Source: Longimicrobiales bacterium
GTDB lineage: Bacteria > Gemmatimonadota > Gemmatimonadetes > Longimicrobiales > Gaopeijiaceae
Length of the DNA stretch: 64,000 bases
Reading direction: 5' to 3'
Assembly (NCBI GenBank): GCA_965202985.1
Contig: CBDBCF010000002.1
Span: 192,001-256,000 of the forward strand
Part shown: positions 18,683-29,191 of the stretch, piece after piece
Position numbering within the stretch: the first letter of the stretch is position 1
How the letters are laid out: each line of letters begins with the position of its first letter
Position numbers and translations under genes: made by a program
Notes under the pieces: generated by a model
What the model was told of the DNA's origin: nothing
Seen by the model: the letters and a program-made list of their open reading frames with translations, nothing else
Databases searched by the model: none

Positions 18683-20194
18683 CTACTCCTCCGCCACCGG
18701 CGCGACCGCCTTCAGCACCTCCCGCGTCAGGTCCCAGCGGTTGAAGCCCTGGCGGCCGTAGTCCAGCCCGCGCCGGACGATCACCAAGTCGTGCGTGGGG
18801 ACGACGACCACGTACTGGCCCCGGTTCCCGGCGGTCGAGTAGGCGGTGGCCGGCACGTCGGTGCGGTCGTCGGGGACCAGCCACCACTGGCCGCCGTAGA
18901 AGGCGCCGCGCTCGGCGGTGGACGGGGCGGGCGTGCGCGCGAAGTCGATCCACGCCTCCGACAGGATGCGCTCGCCGTTCCACACGCCGCCGTTCAGGTA
19001 GAGCAGGCCGAAGCGGGCCAAGTCCCGCGCGTTCGTGTACACCTGGCTGCTCAAGATGAAATCGCCGAAGCGGTCCACGCTCAGGTACGTGTTCCGCATC
19101 CCGATCCGGTCCAGCAGGGCGGTGCGGGGGAAGGTCAGGTAGTCGCCCCCCAGCGCCAGCTTCATGGCGTAGACGCCCAGCAGCGTGTCGTAGTTCTCGT
19201 AGTCCCAGTTGGCGCCCGGCTCCCGCACGAGCGCCCGACGGCGAGCCCCAAGCACGGAGCTCGCGCCTGCCCAGTACGACATCCCGGAACCGACGGCGTA
19301 CTCCATCCCCCGATTGTCGACCGGGTATAGGCCGCTGGACATGTTGAGGACGTGACGCAAGGTGATCCGGGCGCGCGGGTCCGTCTCGGCGGCGTCGGCT
19401 TCGGGCAGCCAGTCGAAGCCCAGCGGGGCGTCCAGCTCCAGTCGCTCTTGGTCCGCCAGGATGCCGATCAGCGTCACGGCGATGCTCTTGGCGGTGGACC
19501 AGGTGCGGGTGCGGGTAGCCATCTCCACGCCGGGGGCGTACCGCTCGTGAACGATCCGCCCCCCGTGGACCACGAGGAGGCTCAGCGTGACCTGCTCCGG
19601 GGACTCGCGCTCGAAGGCCCACGTTGAAGCCGCGTCGAGGGCGGCGGCGTCCACGCCCTCGGGCAGCGCGGCCTCCGCCACCATGTCGCCGTCCGGCCAC
19701 GGGATGTCGGCGGGGTCGCCCGGGGGCGGCGCCATGTCGAGAACGGGCAGGCTCTCGATGTCGGCAAAGGTCTGGTCGGGCGCCATGATCACGCAGCCCA
19801 GCCCCTCTCGGAACGCCGCCCGCATCGTCGGGACGTACCCCGGCGCGCCGATCGCCACGGCCCGGCGCTCCCAGTCCACCTCGTAGTCGCCGCCCTCCGC
19901 GGTCCCGACCGCCGTGCCCACCCGGCCCTGGATGTACGCGATCTCCTGGTCGAAGACCTGCTCCAGCGTCCGGTTCGACGTGAACAGCCCGTTGCAGAGG
20001 AAGATCGCCTGCATTCCTCGAGCGATCATCTCCCGGTTGAACCGCCAGTAGTCGTAGGACCCTTGGGCCTGGGACGCGACGGCTTCGGCGGTCGCGGCGC
20101 CGTCGGCGGCAGCGGGGGCGGGGTCTTCGGCGTCGGCGACGCAGGCGGCGTGCGCGAGAAGGGCAAGGAGGGCGGTGGAGGCGGGACGCTTCAT
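18683..20194 (-). CDS. Serine hydrolase, beta-lactamase class C-like
   Basis: SxxK (STAK), YxN (YEN), DLARFGLLYLNGG; signal peptide from ATG 20194. Confidence 0.9.
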   Translation of the reverse strand: MKRPASTALLALLAHAACVADAEDPAPAAADGAATAEAVASQAQGSYDYWRFNREMIARGMQAIFLCNGLFTSNRTLEQVFDQEIAYIQGRVGTAVGTAEGGDYEVDWERRAVAIGAPGYVPTMRAAFREGLGCVIMAPDQTFADIESLPVLDMAPPPGDPADIPWPDGDMVAEAALPEGVDAAALDAASTWAFERESPEQVTLSLLVVHGGRIVHERYAPGVEMATRTRTWSTAKSIAVTLIGILADQERLELDAPLGFDWLPEADAAETDPRARITLRHVLNMSSGLYPVDNRGMEYAVGSGMSYWAGASSVLGARRRALVREPGANWDYENYDTLLGVYAMKLALGGDYLTFPRTALLDRIGMRNTYLSVDRFGDFILSSQVYTNARDLARFGLLYLNGGVWNGERILSEAWIDFARTPAPSTAERGAFYGGQWWLVPDDRTDVPATAYSTAGNRGQYVVVVPTHDLVIVRRGLDYGRQGFNRWDLTREVLKAVAPVAEE

Positions 20195-20458
20195 GGACGC
20201 GGGTTCTCCCGGAGAGTGGAATTGGGTACCGGAAGGGCATTCTACGGCGCGCCAACTTGGCCAACAAGAGGCCGCACGTCGGGTCGAACCGGATCGCCGC
20301 GCGCGGGCCGATTCCACTTCCCGTCCCCTGCCCCCGGGGCTATCTTCCAGGGCGAAAACCCACGACGACCCGGCCCGAACCGCGTGGAGCCCGGCGGTCT
20401 CTGCGGCCGCTCCGAAGGGCCGTCCGGAAACCATCGGAAGAAGGAAGCGAGGGAGGCG

Positions 20459-20962
20459 ATGAACACGAGGAAGATGGCGGCAGCCGGCTTGCTGGCGGCA
20501 GGGGTTGCGGTGGTGCTGGTTGCCGCGAGCATGTCCCGCGGCGACGGGGTGGGCGACGGCTTGGAGGTTGCTCGGGCGACGGGCGACGGCCCTGCGGTCC
20601 ACGTCTATAAAACGGCCACGTGCGGGTGCTGCGCCAAGTGGGTCGACCACCTGCGGGAGGCCGGCTTCGCGGTGACGGTGGAGGACACGAGGGATCTGAT
20701 GGCCGTGAAGCGCCGCGAGGGAATCCCGACGGACCTGAGCTCGTGCCACACGGCGCTGGTGAACGGCTACGTCGTGGAGGGCCACGTGCCGGCCTCGGTG
20801 GTCCAGGCGTTCCTTGAAGAGCCGGGAGACGCTCGCGGCTTGGCCGTGCCCGGAATGCCGATAGGGTCGCCGGGGATGGAGGGACGGCACGCCGAAGCCT
20901 ACGACGTGTTCGCCTTCGACGCGGACGGGGGCCGGGAGGTGTTCCGCCGCATCGAGCCGTAG
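20459..20962 (+). CDS. DUF411 metal-binding periplasmic protein
   Basis: CGCC..W, SCHTA, VEGHVP and AVPGMPIGSPGME. Confidence 0.92.
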   Translation: MNTRKMAAAGLLAAGVAVVLVAASMSRGDGVGDGLEVARATGDGPAVHVYKTATCGCCAKWVDHLREAGFAVTVEDTRDLMAVKRREGIPTDLSSCHTALVNGYVVEGHVPASVVQAFLEEPGDARGLAVPGMPIGSPGMEGRHAEAYDVFAFDADGGREVFRRIEP

Positions 20963-21128
20963 CCGGCTGTTTCGGAGGCGTCCCCGCGACCATAGAATAG
21001 GGACCCGCGCCCGGCAGAGAGGCGACAGCGTCGCCGGCCTTCCCCACAACCCTTCCATCCTCCGCCACCGCCGGCGGAGCCCGAACCGGCCCCGGCCCGC
21101 GCCAGGGCAGGACGCTTCCAGGAGCCCG

Positions 21129-22433
21129 ATGTCCGAGACCGACAACCGCAAGAACACCCTGACCGTCACCGACAACCGCACGGGGCGACGGTACGAGATC
21201 GACGTCCTCGACGGCGACGTGGTGCGCGCCATGGACCTGCGCCAGATCAAGGTCCGCGACGGCGATTTCGGAATGATGGCCTACGACCCCGGCTTCATGA
21301 ACACGGCGTTCACGACCAGCCGGATCACGGACGTCAAGGGGGGGCAGGGGATCCTGGAGTACCGGGGCTACCCCATCGAGCAGCTGGCGGAGCGGTCGAC
21401 CCACTTGGAGGTGGCCTACCTGATCCTCAAGGGGGAACTCCCGACGCCCGAGCAGCTGGACGGCTTCGTCCACGACGTCACCTACCACACCTACGTCCAC
21501 GAAAACGTCCTCACGATTCTCAAGGGGTTCCGCTACGACGCCCACGCCATGGGGATGATGATCTCCACCGTGGCGGCCCTCTCCACCTTCTACCCCGAGG
21601 CCAAGGAGGTTGAGGACCCCGAGAACCGCTGGGTGCAGATCAACCGGCTGATCGCCAAGCTGCCGACTCTGGCGGCCTTCGCCTACCGTCACCACCGGGG
21701 TCTGCCTTACGTCTACCCGGAGAACGAGTTCTCCTACACGGCCAACTTCCTCAACATGCTCTTCCGGATCGGGGGCAGGGAGTACCAGCCGAACCCGGTG
21801 CTGGAGCGGGCGCTGGACATCCTCTTCATCCTCCACGCCGACCACGAGCAGAACTGCTCCACCACGGCGATGCGCGTGATCGGAAGCTCCCGGGTCGATC
21901 CGTACTCGGCGATGGCCGGCGCCATGGCCGCCCTGTACGGGCCGCTGCACGGGGGGGCCAACGAGGCGGTGCTGCGGATGCTCGACGAGATCGGGACGAC
22001 CGACAACATCCCGGCCTTCATGGACAGCGTGCGGCGTGGGGAGCGGCGGCTGATGGGCTTCGGCCACCGCGTGTACAAGGCGTACGACCCCAGGGCGGCG
22101 ATCATCAAGCGCACGGCGGACGACGTGTTCGCCGTCACGGGGCGCAACCCGCTGCTGGACATCGCGCTCGAGCTGGAAAAGATCGCGCTCGGGGAAGAGT
22201 ACTTCGTGAAGCGCAACCTGTACCCCAACGTGGACTTCTACTCCGGGCTGATCTACCAGGCCATGGGCTTCCCCGTGGAGCTGTTCCCCGTGCTCTTCGC
22301 CATACCGAGGGCCGTCGGTTGGCTTGCCCAGTGGGAAGAGATGATCCGCGACCCCGAGCAGAAGATCGCCCGCCCGCGCCAAGTGTTCCGGGGACGCGAG
22401 CGTCGCGACTTCGTGCCGCCGGAGGCGCGCTAG
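21129..22433 (+). CDS. gltA: Citrate synthase
   Basis: HADHEQN, GPLHGGANE, LMGFGHRVYK and YPNVDFYSG. Confidence 0.97.
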   Translation: MSETDNRKNTLTVTDNRTGRRYEIDVLDGDVVRAMDLRQIKVRDGDFGMMAYDPGFMNTAFTTSRITDVKGGQGILEYRGYPIEQLAERSTHLEVAYLILKGELPTPEQLDGFVHDVTYHTYVHENVLTILKGFRYDAHAMGMMISTVAALSTFYPEAKEVEDPENRWVQINRLIAKLPTLAAFAYRHHRGLPYVYPENEFSYTANFLNMLFRIGGREYQPNPVLERALDILFILHADHEQNCSTTAMRVIGSSRVDPYSAMAGAMAALYGPLHGGANEAVLRMLDEIGTTDNIPAFMDSVRRGERRLMGFGHRVYKAYDPRAAIIKRTADDVFAVTGRNPLLDIALELEKIALGEEYFVKRNLYPNVDFYSGLIYQAMGFPVELFPVLFAIPRAVGWLAQWEEMIRDPEQKIARPRQVFRGRERRDFVPPEAR

Positions 22434-22441
22434 CCCGCGCA

Positions 22442-22855
22442 ATGTTCGCACGGGCCGCAATCCGCGGGCGTCGCCCGGACGCCGTCGCCGTCGGCATTGC
22501 GCTTGCGTGCGCCCTGGCGGCGTTCGCGGGCGGGTGCGCCGGGGGCCGCGCCGACGCCGGGGCCAACCCGCTGGGCGGAGGCGTCCAAGACGACGAGATC
22601 GAGATCCTCGTGCGCAACGACAACTTCAACCAAGTCACCGTCTACACCGCGCGGGGCAGGGCCTTCCGCCGGCTGGGCGTCGTTGCGGGCAAGGGCGAGG
22701 CCACGTTCTCCACCAAGTGGTACCTGCCCGACATCCAGCTGCGCGTGAAGTTCCTGGCCGGCCCCGACTTCTACACCGAGGTTCTCCCGGTCAGTCCGGG
22801 CGAACTCCTGGAGCTGATCATCCCCGCGCGACAGTCGCAAGCCCCGGGCGAGTAG
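22442..22855 (+). CDS. Hypothetical lipoprotein
   Basis: Hydrophobic stretch plus AGGC lipobox, small beta-rich domain, host-like codon usage; start uncertain. Confidence 0.65.
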   Translation: MFARAAIRGRRPDAVAVGIALACALAAFAGGCAGGRADAGANPLGGGVQDDEIEILVRNDNFNQVTVYTARGRAFRRLGVVAGKGEATFSTKWYLPDIQLRVKFLAGPDFYTEVLPVSPGELLELIIPARQSQAPGE

Positions 22856-22867
22856 GGCGGACGAGCC

Positions 22868-25120
22868 ATGCTGCGTGTCCTGGGGGCGGCGTTGTCCGCG
22901 GCAGTCCTGCCGGTAGCGGTCCTGCCGGCGGCCGTCTTGCCCGTGGCGACTTTGTCCGCGGCGGTCCTGCCGGCCGCGGCGGGGCTGGGTTCCGTCGTGG
23001 AACCGGCGGCCGCGCAGCAGGCGCAGGACGGGAGCGCGCACGCGGGATCGCAAGGGTTCGGCTTCGACGACGCGCTGAACTTGGTGGGCGTGTCGGCACC
23101 GAGGCTGTCCCCCGACGGCTCCCGGGTCCTCTTCGCGCGGGACGAACTGGACTGGGACAAGAACAAGCGCAACATCCGCATCTGGATCGTGGGTGCCGAC
23201 GGCTCCGGCGCGCGTCCCTTCACGGCCTCCACCGACGACCGCAACGCCGAGTGGTCGCCCGACGGTCGCTGGGTCGCGTTCACCCGCCCCGTGCAGCGAA
23301 AGGGCGACGAGACCGACGCCAAGCCGAGGCAGCTGTTCGTGATGCCGGCGGGAGGGGGCGAGCCCGCCCAGCTGACCCGCCATCCCACGTCGGTGGGGCG
23401 GTACGCCTGGACCCGCGACGGCGCGTCGATCTTCTTTCTGGCCCCCGACTCGCTGCCCGACGCCGCGGAGAAGGAGCGCAAGAACGGGGCCGACGCCGTG
23501 TTCGTGGACGAAGGTCCCAACGGCCAGACCCGCGGGTCGTGGAACGGGATCTGGAAGGTCGATCTGCCCGTGCGCGGCTCCGGGCTCGCCGCAGCCCCCG
23601 TGGACGCGGTGCGCGCGACGCCCCAAGGCCGGATCGCGAGCAGCTTCGCCGTCTCGCCGGACGGCAACCACTTGGCGTACGTGTTCCGCACCGAGAACCG
23701 CCGCAACGCGGGCCATCTGGGCGAGATCGCGCTGCGGCCGGCCAGGGGCCTGGACGGGGCGGTCGACATCGCCGAGGAGCGGCTGACCCGGAACGACGCC
23801 CCCGAGTCGCAGCTTGCGTGGTCGCCGGACGGCCGAAGGCTGGCGTTCGTCGCGCCGGACTTGGAGAGCTGGGAGCTGGATCAGGGCAACCTGTACGTGT
23901 ACGACGTGCCGTCGGGTCGGACGCGGCAGGTCCTGGCCGACTTCGAGGGCGACCTGCGGGACTTCCGCTGGCACCCGGGCGGGCGGGCCGTGGACTTCGT
24001 GGCCTTGGAGCGAACCGACGCCAACTTCTACCGGGTGGAGCTGGCGTCGGGCGAGGTCCGGCAGCTGACGCGGGAACCCGGCGTGGCGAGCGCGCCGTCG
24101 TGGGACCGCTTCCACCATGCCGCCGCCTTTGCCCACGCCTCTCCGACCGCGCCCGCCGACATCTGGCTGGCCCGCTTGGACGGCGGCGGCATGGTGCGGC
24201 TCACCGATGCCAACCCGGCGCTCGCGGGCAAGGACTTGGCGGACCCGGAGATCGTCCGCTGGAACAGCGCCGACGGCCTCGAGATCGAAGGTCTCCTCTA
24301 CCTGCCTCCGGGGCGCGGCGCGGCCGGCGAGGGAGGCCGAAGTCCGGACGCCGGGCAGCGTGGTCCGGGCGCCGCCGTGCTCCAGATTCACGGAGGGCCG
24401 GCTGGAGTCTTCACGCGGCGCTTCGACCCGGGCGCCCAAATCCTGGCGTCTCACGGGTACGCCGTGTTGCAGCCCAACGTGCGGGGGTCGTCGGGGTACG
24501 GCGACGCCCTGTTGCGCGGGAACATGAACGACATCGGCGGCGGGGACTACGAGGACCTCATGTCGGGCGTGGACGCCATGGTGGAGCGGGGCGTGGCCCA
24601 TCCCGACTCGCTGGCGGTGAAGGGATGGAGCTACGGCGGCATCCTCGGAGGCTGGACGATCACGCGGACGGATCGCTTCAAGGCCGCCAGCCTGGGGGCG
24701 ATGGTCGCCGACTGGCGGAGCGAGTTCGGCGCCGGGTTCAACTTCGACGTGGTGCGCTGGTACTTGGGCGGGGACCCGTGGTCGAACCGCGACTTCTGGA
24801 CCGACCGCTCGCCCTACACCCACTTGGACAAGGTGCGGACGCCGACGATCCTCTTTCACGGGGCGGCGGACCGCACCGACACCATGGAGCAGTCCATGAA
24901 CTTCTTCGCCGGCCTGCGCCACTTGGGCGTGGAGGCGCGGTTCGTGCTGTTCCCCAGGGAGGGCCACGGCATCCGGGAGCCCCGCCACCGGCGCACTCTG
25001 CTGACCGAGGAGATGCGCTGGCTGCAGGGCCACGTCCGAGGGCTGGAAGACTGGGAGCCCCCGCCGCGGCCGGCGGTTGCGGATTCGGCGGCGACGGCTC
25101 CTCGTCCCGTGTCGCCCTGA
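22868..25120 (+). CDS. S9 family peptidase (beta-propeller plus alpha/beta hydrolase)
   Basis: WSPDG repeats, HGGP, GWSYGG nucleophile and EGHG. Confidence 0.93.
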   Translation: MLRVLGAALSAAVLPVAVLPAAVLPVATLSAAVLPAAAGLGSVVEPAAAQQAQDGSAHAGSQGFGFDDALNLVGVSAPRLSPDGSRVLFARDELDWDKNKRNIRIWIVGADGSGARPFTASTDDRNAEWSPDGRWVAFTRPVQRKGDETDAKPRQLFVMPAGGGEPAQLTRHPTSVGRYAWTRDGASIFFLAPDSLPDAAEKERKNGADAVFVDEGPNGQTRGSWNGIWKVDLPVRGSGLAAAPVDAVRATPQGRIASSFAVSPDGNHLAYVFRTENRRNAGHLGEIALRPARGLDGAVDIAEERLTRNDAPESQLAWSPDGRRLAFVAPDLESWELDQGNLYVYDVPSGRTRQVLADFEGDLRDFRWHPGGRAVDFVALERTDANFYRVELASGEVRQLTREPGVASAPSWDRFHHAAAFAHASPTAPADIWLARLDGGGMVRLTDANPALAGKDLADPEIVRWNSADGLEIEGLLYLPPGRGAAGEGGRSPDAGQRGPGAAVLQIHGGPAGVFTRRFDPGAQILASHGYAVLQPNVRGSSGYGDALLRGNMNDIGGGDYEDLMSGVDAMVERGVAHPDSLAVKGWSYGGILGGWTITRTDRFKAASLGAMVADWRSEFGAGFNFDVVRWYLGGDPWSNRDFWTDRSPYTHLDKVRTPTILFHGAADRTDTMEQSMNFFAGLRHLGVEARFVLFPREGHGIREPRHRRTLLTEEMRWLQGHVRGLEDWEPPPRPAVADSAATAPRPVSP
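22886..22975 (+). repeat. Six degenerate 15-bp units in the signal-peptide coding region
   Basis: AALSA-AVLPV-AVLPA-AVLPV-ATLSA-AVLPA. Confidence 0.8.
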
Positions 25121-25143
25121 AGCCGTCCCGTCCGGCGCAGCCC

Positions 25144-26457
25144 TTGGTTCCGCAAGAGCTGATCGCCCGCAAGCGCGACGGCGCCGTTCTTTCGCCGGGC
25201 GAACTCGGCGCCTTCCTGCAGGCCTACATGGACGGAGCGGTCGGCGACGATCAGATGGCGGCGTTCCTCATGGCCGTGTACTTCCAAGGGCTGTCCGCCG
25301 ACGAGCTGGACGCGCTGGTCGAGGCCATGATCCACTCGGGCCGGGTGCTGGAACGAGAAGGCGGCGGGGCGCCCCGTGTGGACAAGCACTCCACCGGCGG
25401 CGTGGGAGACAAGGTCTCGCTGGCGCTGGCGCCGTTGGCCGCCGAAATGGGCATGGTGGTGCCGATGATGTCGGGGCGGGGCCTGGGGCACACCGGCGGC
25501 ACCCTGGACAAGCTCGAAGCCGTCCCCGGCTTTCGCACCCGCATCTCGCTGGAGGAGTTCGACCGGGTTCTGGCCGGCGTGGGGTGCGCCATGATCGGCC
25601 AGACGGACGAGATCGCGCCCCTGGACCGGCGCCTCTACGCCCTGCGCGACGTGACGGCCACGGTGCCCTCGCTGCCGCTGATCACGGCGTCGATCATGTC
25701 CAAGAAGCTGGCCGAGGGGCTGGACGCGCTAGTGCTGGACGTGAAGGTGGGGCAGGGGGCCTTCCTGCCCGAGATCGACCAAGCGCGGGAGCTGGCTCGC
25801 GCCATGGTGCGAGCCGGGACGGCCAGGGGCTTGGCGGTGACCGCGTTGCTGACGGCCATGGACCAGCCGCTGGGGCGGGCCGTGGGACACGCCCTCGAGG
25901 TGGACGAGGCCGTGGCGTGCCTGTCCGGACGCGGCCCCGACGACTTTCGGTCGCTCGTCGTGGAGCTGGCCGCGGAGATGGCCGTGGCGGGAAGCGTCGC
26001 CGCCGGCTTGGACGAGGGTCGCGCCGCCGCGACGGTGGCCCTGGACGAGGGCGGTGCCCTGGAGCGGTTCGGCCGTCTGGTCGCGGCCCAAGGCGGAGAC
26101 GCCGGCTTCCTGGCCCGCGGCGAAGCGCTGGCGGAGGCGCCGCGCCGAACGGTGGTGGAGGCGGAGCGGGACGGCTTCGTTGCCGAGATCGAACCGAAGG
26201 CGCTGGGCTACGGACTGGTCGCGATGGGCGGCGGCCGGACGCGCCAAGACGAGGAGATCGACCACCGCGTGGGGTTCGAACTGGAAGCCAAGGCGGGCGA
26301 CGCCGTTGCGCGTGGTCGGCCGCTGGCGGTGGTCCACGGGGCGGACTCGGCCGGTCTGGCCGCCGGCGTCGACGCCGTCAGGAAGGCGGTTCGCATCTCC
26401 GAGGAGGCCCCCGTCCCAAGCCCGCTGCCACTGCTGATTGAGCGCGTGAGCGCGTGA
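25144..26457 (+). CDS. pdp: Thymidine/pyrimidine-nucleoside phosphorylase
   Basis: IARKRDG, DKHSTGGVGDK, SGRGLGHTGGTLDKLE and SIMSKK; start is TTG 25144 or CTG 25117. Confidence 0.93.
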   Translation: MVPQELIARKRDGAVLSPGELGAFLQAYMDGAVGDDQMAAFLMAVYFQGLSADELDALVEAMIHSGRVLEREGGGAPRVDKHSTGGVGDKVSLALAPLAAEMGMVVPMMSGRGLGHTGGTLDKLEAVPGFRTRISLEEFDRVLAGVGCAMIGQTDEIAPLDRRLYALRDVTATVPSLPLITASIMSKKLAEGLDALVLDVKVGQGAFLPEIDQARELARAMVRAGTARGLAVTALLTAMDQPLGRAVGHALEVDEAVACLSGRGPDDFRSLVVELAAEMAVAGSVAAGLDEGRAAATVALDEGGALERFGRLVAAQGGDAGFLARGEALAEAPRRTVVEAERDGFVAEIEPKALGYGLVAMGGGRTRQDEEIDHRVGFELEAKAGDAVARGRPLAVVHGADSAGLAAGVDAVRKAVRISEEAPVPSPLPLLIERVSA

Positions 26458-26500
26458 CGGCGGGCGCCCCGGCTCCGGTCCGGCTCCGGGTGGTCCCCGG

Positions 26501-26743
26501 TCAGACCGACCGGGTCGTGTAGCCGATCCCTTCCTGGTCCAGCGCCTCGGCCAGCGCGCCGGCGTGCGCTTCGGGGGTGCGCAGCGCCAAGCCGCACTGT
26601 GCGCCGTCGCCTGGAGGCGCGGGGACGACTTCCGCGGGGATGTCCAGCTCCTGGGCCACGTCTTCCGCCCACATGGCGTGGTGCGTGGTGGAGAAGACGA
26701 AGGTGCGGGTCCGGGCGGGCGGACGTTCGTCGGGAGCGGACAT
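26501..26743 (-). CDS. DUF3343-like small protein
   Basis: FSTTHHAMWAE...VVPAP...CGLALR, 80 aa. Confidence 0.8.
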   Translation of the reverse strand: MSAPDERPPARTRTFVFSTTHHAMWAEDVAQELDIPAEVVPAPPGDGAQCGLALRTPEAHAGALAEALDQEGIGYTTRSV

Positions 26744-26763
26744 GGCCGAGAGGGCGGAGGGGA

Positions 26764-29004
26764 TCAGGGGCGCGGGCGACCGGCCACCGGGCGGGCCTCG
26801 CGGTCGCACGGCGCGGTGGGCTCGGTCCCCGGCAGGTAGAGCTCGTCGTAGGCGTCTTCGTCGGGGCACCAGCGAGAGGCCACCAGCCCGGTCTTCGAGT
26901 CCACGCGGAGCGAGACCAATCCGTCCGGCACCGGCCAGCGCACCGGAACCGGCAACAGCGGGCGACGAGGGCGCGCGATCTCGGCCACGTCGGTCGTGCC
27001 GGCCCCTTCGTCCGCCGTCTCGCCGCCGGGTTCGGGCAAGTCGTCGTAGTAGACGCGGCGCATGAACTCTCCCCAGACGGGGGCCGCGAACCCGCCCCCG
27101 GTGGCGCGCTCCACGATCGAGACGGGTTCGTCCATGCCGAACCACGCGGCGGCCGCCAAGTCCGGCGTGAAGCCGATGAACCAGACGTTGCCGCCCTCGT
27201 TGGTGGTGCCCGTCTTGCCGGCGGCGGGCACCTCGCGTGGCAGCCCGGCCACCAAGCGGACCCCCGTGAAACCCGTGCCTTGGACCACCACGTCTTCCAG
27301 CAACGACACCGCAAGCCGCGCCACCAGGGGGTCCAGCTCCCTCGTGCTCTCGGGCTTGGGCTCCCACAGCACCTCGCCGCCCGAACCCTCGACCCGTGCG
27401 ATGGGGAAGGGGCGAACCCGCGTGCCCATGTTGGCCAGCGTGGAGTACACCTCCAGCATCTGGATCGGGATCACCTCGGCCGCGCCGATCGCCGACGACG
27501 GGTAGCGCTCCACCTCGGTGGCGATCCCCAGTCGCCGCGCCATCTGTCCCACCGACTCCAGCCCCACGCGCTGCCCCAGCCGGATCGCCACCATGTTGAT
27601 CGAGCGGCGCAGGCCGTGGCGGATCGTGATCGGTCCCAGGAACTCCGGCTCGTAGTTGGTGGGCCGCCACACCGTCCCGTCGATCTGGTCGATCACGACG
27701 GGTGCATCCAACTCGATCTGCGACGCCGGAACGCCGCTCTCCAGCGCCGCCGCGTAGACGATCGGCTTGAACGACGAACCGGCCTGGCGGAGCGCCTGGG
27801 TGACCCGGTCGAACTTGGAGTGGTTGTAGTCCCGGCCTCCCACCAGCGCCCGCACCCGGCCGGTGCGCGGGTCGGATGCCACGAACATGCCCTGCACGTA
27901 CGGGATGTTCCGGAAGTTCACGCCCTGCGCCGTGTCGGCGAACTCCTGGTACGTGACGTGGTCGTACCCGGGCCACGCCTCGATCCGGTCCCAGCCGTTC
28001 GTCATCGCCGCTTGGGCCGCCGCCTGCATGTCCAAGTCGAGCGTCGTGTGGATCGTCAGTCCGGCCGTGTACAGCTTGCTGCCGAAGCGGTCGTCCAAGA
28101 TGCGCCGGACCCATTCCACGAAGTACGGCGCCTGCTGCTCCACGGCGCGCGCGCGCTCCAGCGGCACCGGCTCCTGCTTCCAGCGGGCGGCTTCGTCGGC
28201 GGTCAAGTAGCCTTGGCGCGCCATCAGGTCCAGAACCAGGTTCCGTCGTCGCACCGCGGCGTCCGGGTGGCGAAGCGGCGTGTAGTGCTCGGGCAAGTTG
28301 GCGATCGCGGCCAAGAGGGCGCCCTCGGCCGGGTTCATGTCGATGGCGTTCTTGCCGAAATAGTTCTCTGCGGCAGTCTGAAGTCCGTACCAGCCATGGG
28401 CATAGCCGATTTGGTTCATGTAAGCCTCGAGGATTTCGTCCTTGGAGTACGCCCGCTCCAAGGCCGTGGCGACCTGCCACTCCTTGAGCTTCCGAAGAAC
28501 CCGCTTCTCGAAGCCCAGCCGCTCCGTCCACATGTTCCGCGCCAGCTGCTGCGTGATCGTGCTGCCGCCGCCCCCCGAGAACGACCGCGTCCGGATCACG
28601 CCCAGCACCGCCCGCGCGATCCCCCGATAGTCCAGCCCGCGGTGCTGGTAGAACCGCTTGTCCTCGATGGCGATGAACGCCTGCGGCACGTGGGTGGGGA
28701 GGCTCGCGATCGCCACCAGCGTGCGGCGTTCGGTGCCGAGCTCGGTCACCAGCCGACCGTCGCGGGCGTAGATCTTGCTGGCTTGGCGCGGCTGGTAGGT
28801 GTGGATGCGGGCGATCGACGGGCAGTCCGTGCACAGATTCCGCCACGCCCCCGCCGCCAGTCCCGCGCCGCCCGCGACAAGAAACACCAGGACGAACCAC
28901 GCGGCGGCGGGAATCCGCAGTCGCCAGCGACGGGTCCCGCCCCGGTCGCTCTGGGCTCCGCGCCTGCGGCTCCGGCGGCTCCGCAGGTTCGCGAAAGGCT
29001 TCAT
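26764..29004 (-). CDS. Class A penicillin-binding protein (PBP1A family)
   Basis: Transglycosylase EDKRFYQH and GGSTITQQL; transpeptidase SSFK, SIN and KTG. Confidence 0.95.
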   Translation of the reverse strand: MKPFANLRSRRSRRRGAQSDRGGTRRWRLRIPAAAWFVLVFLVAGGAGLAAGAWRNLCTDCPSIARIHTYQPRQASKIYARDGRLVTELGTERRTLVAIASLPTHVPQAFIAIEDKRFYQHRGLDYRGIARAVLGVIRTRSFSGGGGSTITQQLARNMWTERLGFEKRVLRKLKEWQVATALERAYSKDEILEAYMNQIGYAHGWYGLQTAAENYFGKNAIDMNPAEGALLAAIANLPEHYTPLRHPDAAVRRRNLVLDLMARQGYLTADEAARWKQEPVPLERARAVEQQAPYFVEWVRRILDDRFGSKLYTAGLTIHTTLDLDMQAAAQAAMTNGWDRIEAWPGYDHVTYQEFADTAQGVNFRNIPYVQGMFVASDPRTGRVRALVGGRDYNHSKFDRVTQALRQAGSSFKPIVYAAALESGVPASQIELDAPVVIDQIDGTVWRPTNYEPEFLGPITIRHGLRRSINMVAIRLGQRVGLESVGQMARRLGIATEVERYPSSAIGAAEVIPIQMLEVYSTLANMGTRVRPFPIARVEGSGGEVLWEPKPESTRELDPLVARLAVSLLEDVVVQGTGFTGVRLVAGLPREVPAAGKTGTTNEGGNVWFIGFTPDLAAAAWFGMDEPVSIVERATGGGFAAPVWGEFMRRVYYDDLPEPGGETADEGAGTTDVAEIARPRRPLLPVPVRWPVPDGLVSLRVDSKTGLVASRWCPDEDAYDELYLPGTEPTAPCDREARPVAGRPRP

Positions 29005-29191
29005 TCGGTTCTCCCTGGTCGCGTCGGTTGCCGCTGCGGTTTCCTCGGGGACGCCCCGGCCCTCCAAACAAGTTACCACCAACGGGGCTGCGGGCGGCCC
29101 GATCTACGCTTGCGGGCGGTCATGGAGCGGGAGCTGGCGGCAGCGGCGGGTTGACCGAACGAAGACCGCATCGCTAACAATTGTGACGTTC

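Noticed and set aside
22507..25116. 1316-aa ORF as a giant phosphorylase fusion
   Set aside because: The upstream part is an off-frame shadow of the S9 peptidase. The same applies to the extensions of 29412..31781, 43168..46044, 45036..47339, 18683..21250 and 59082..61196.
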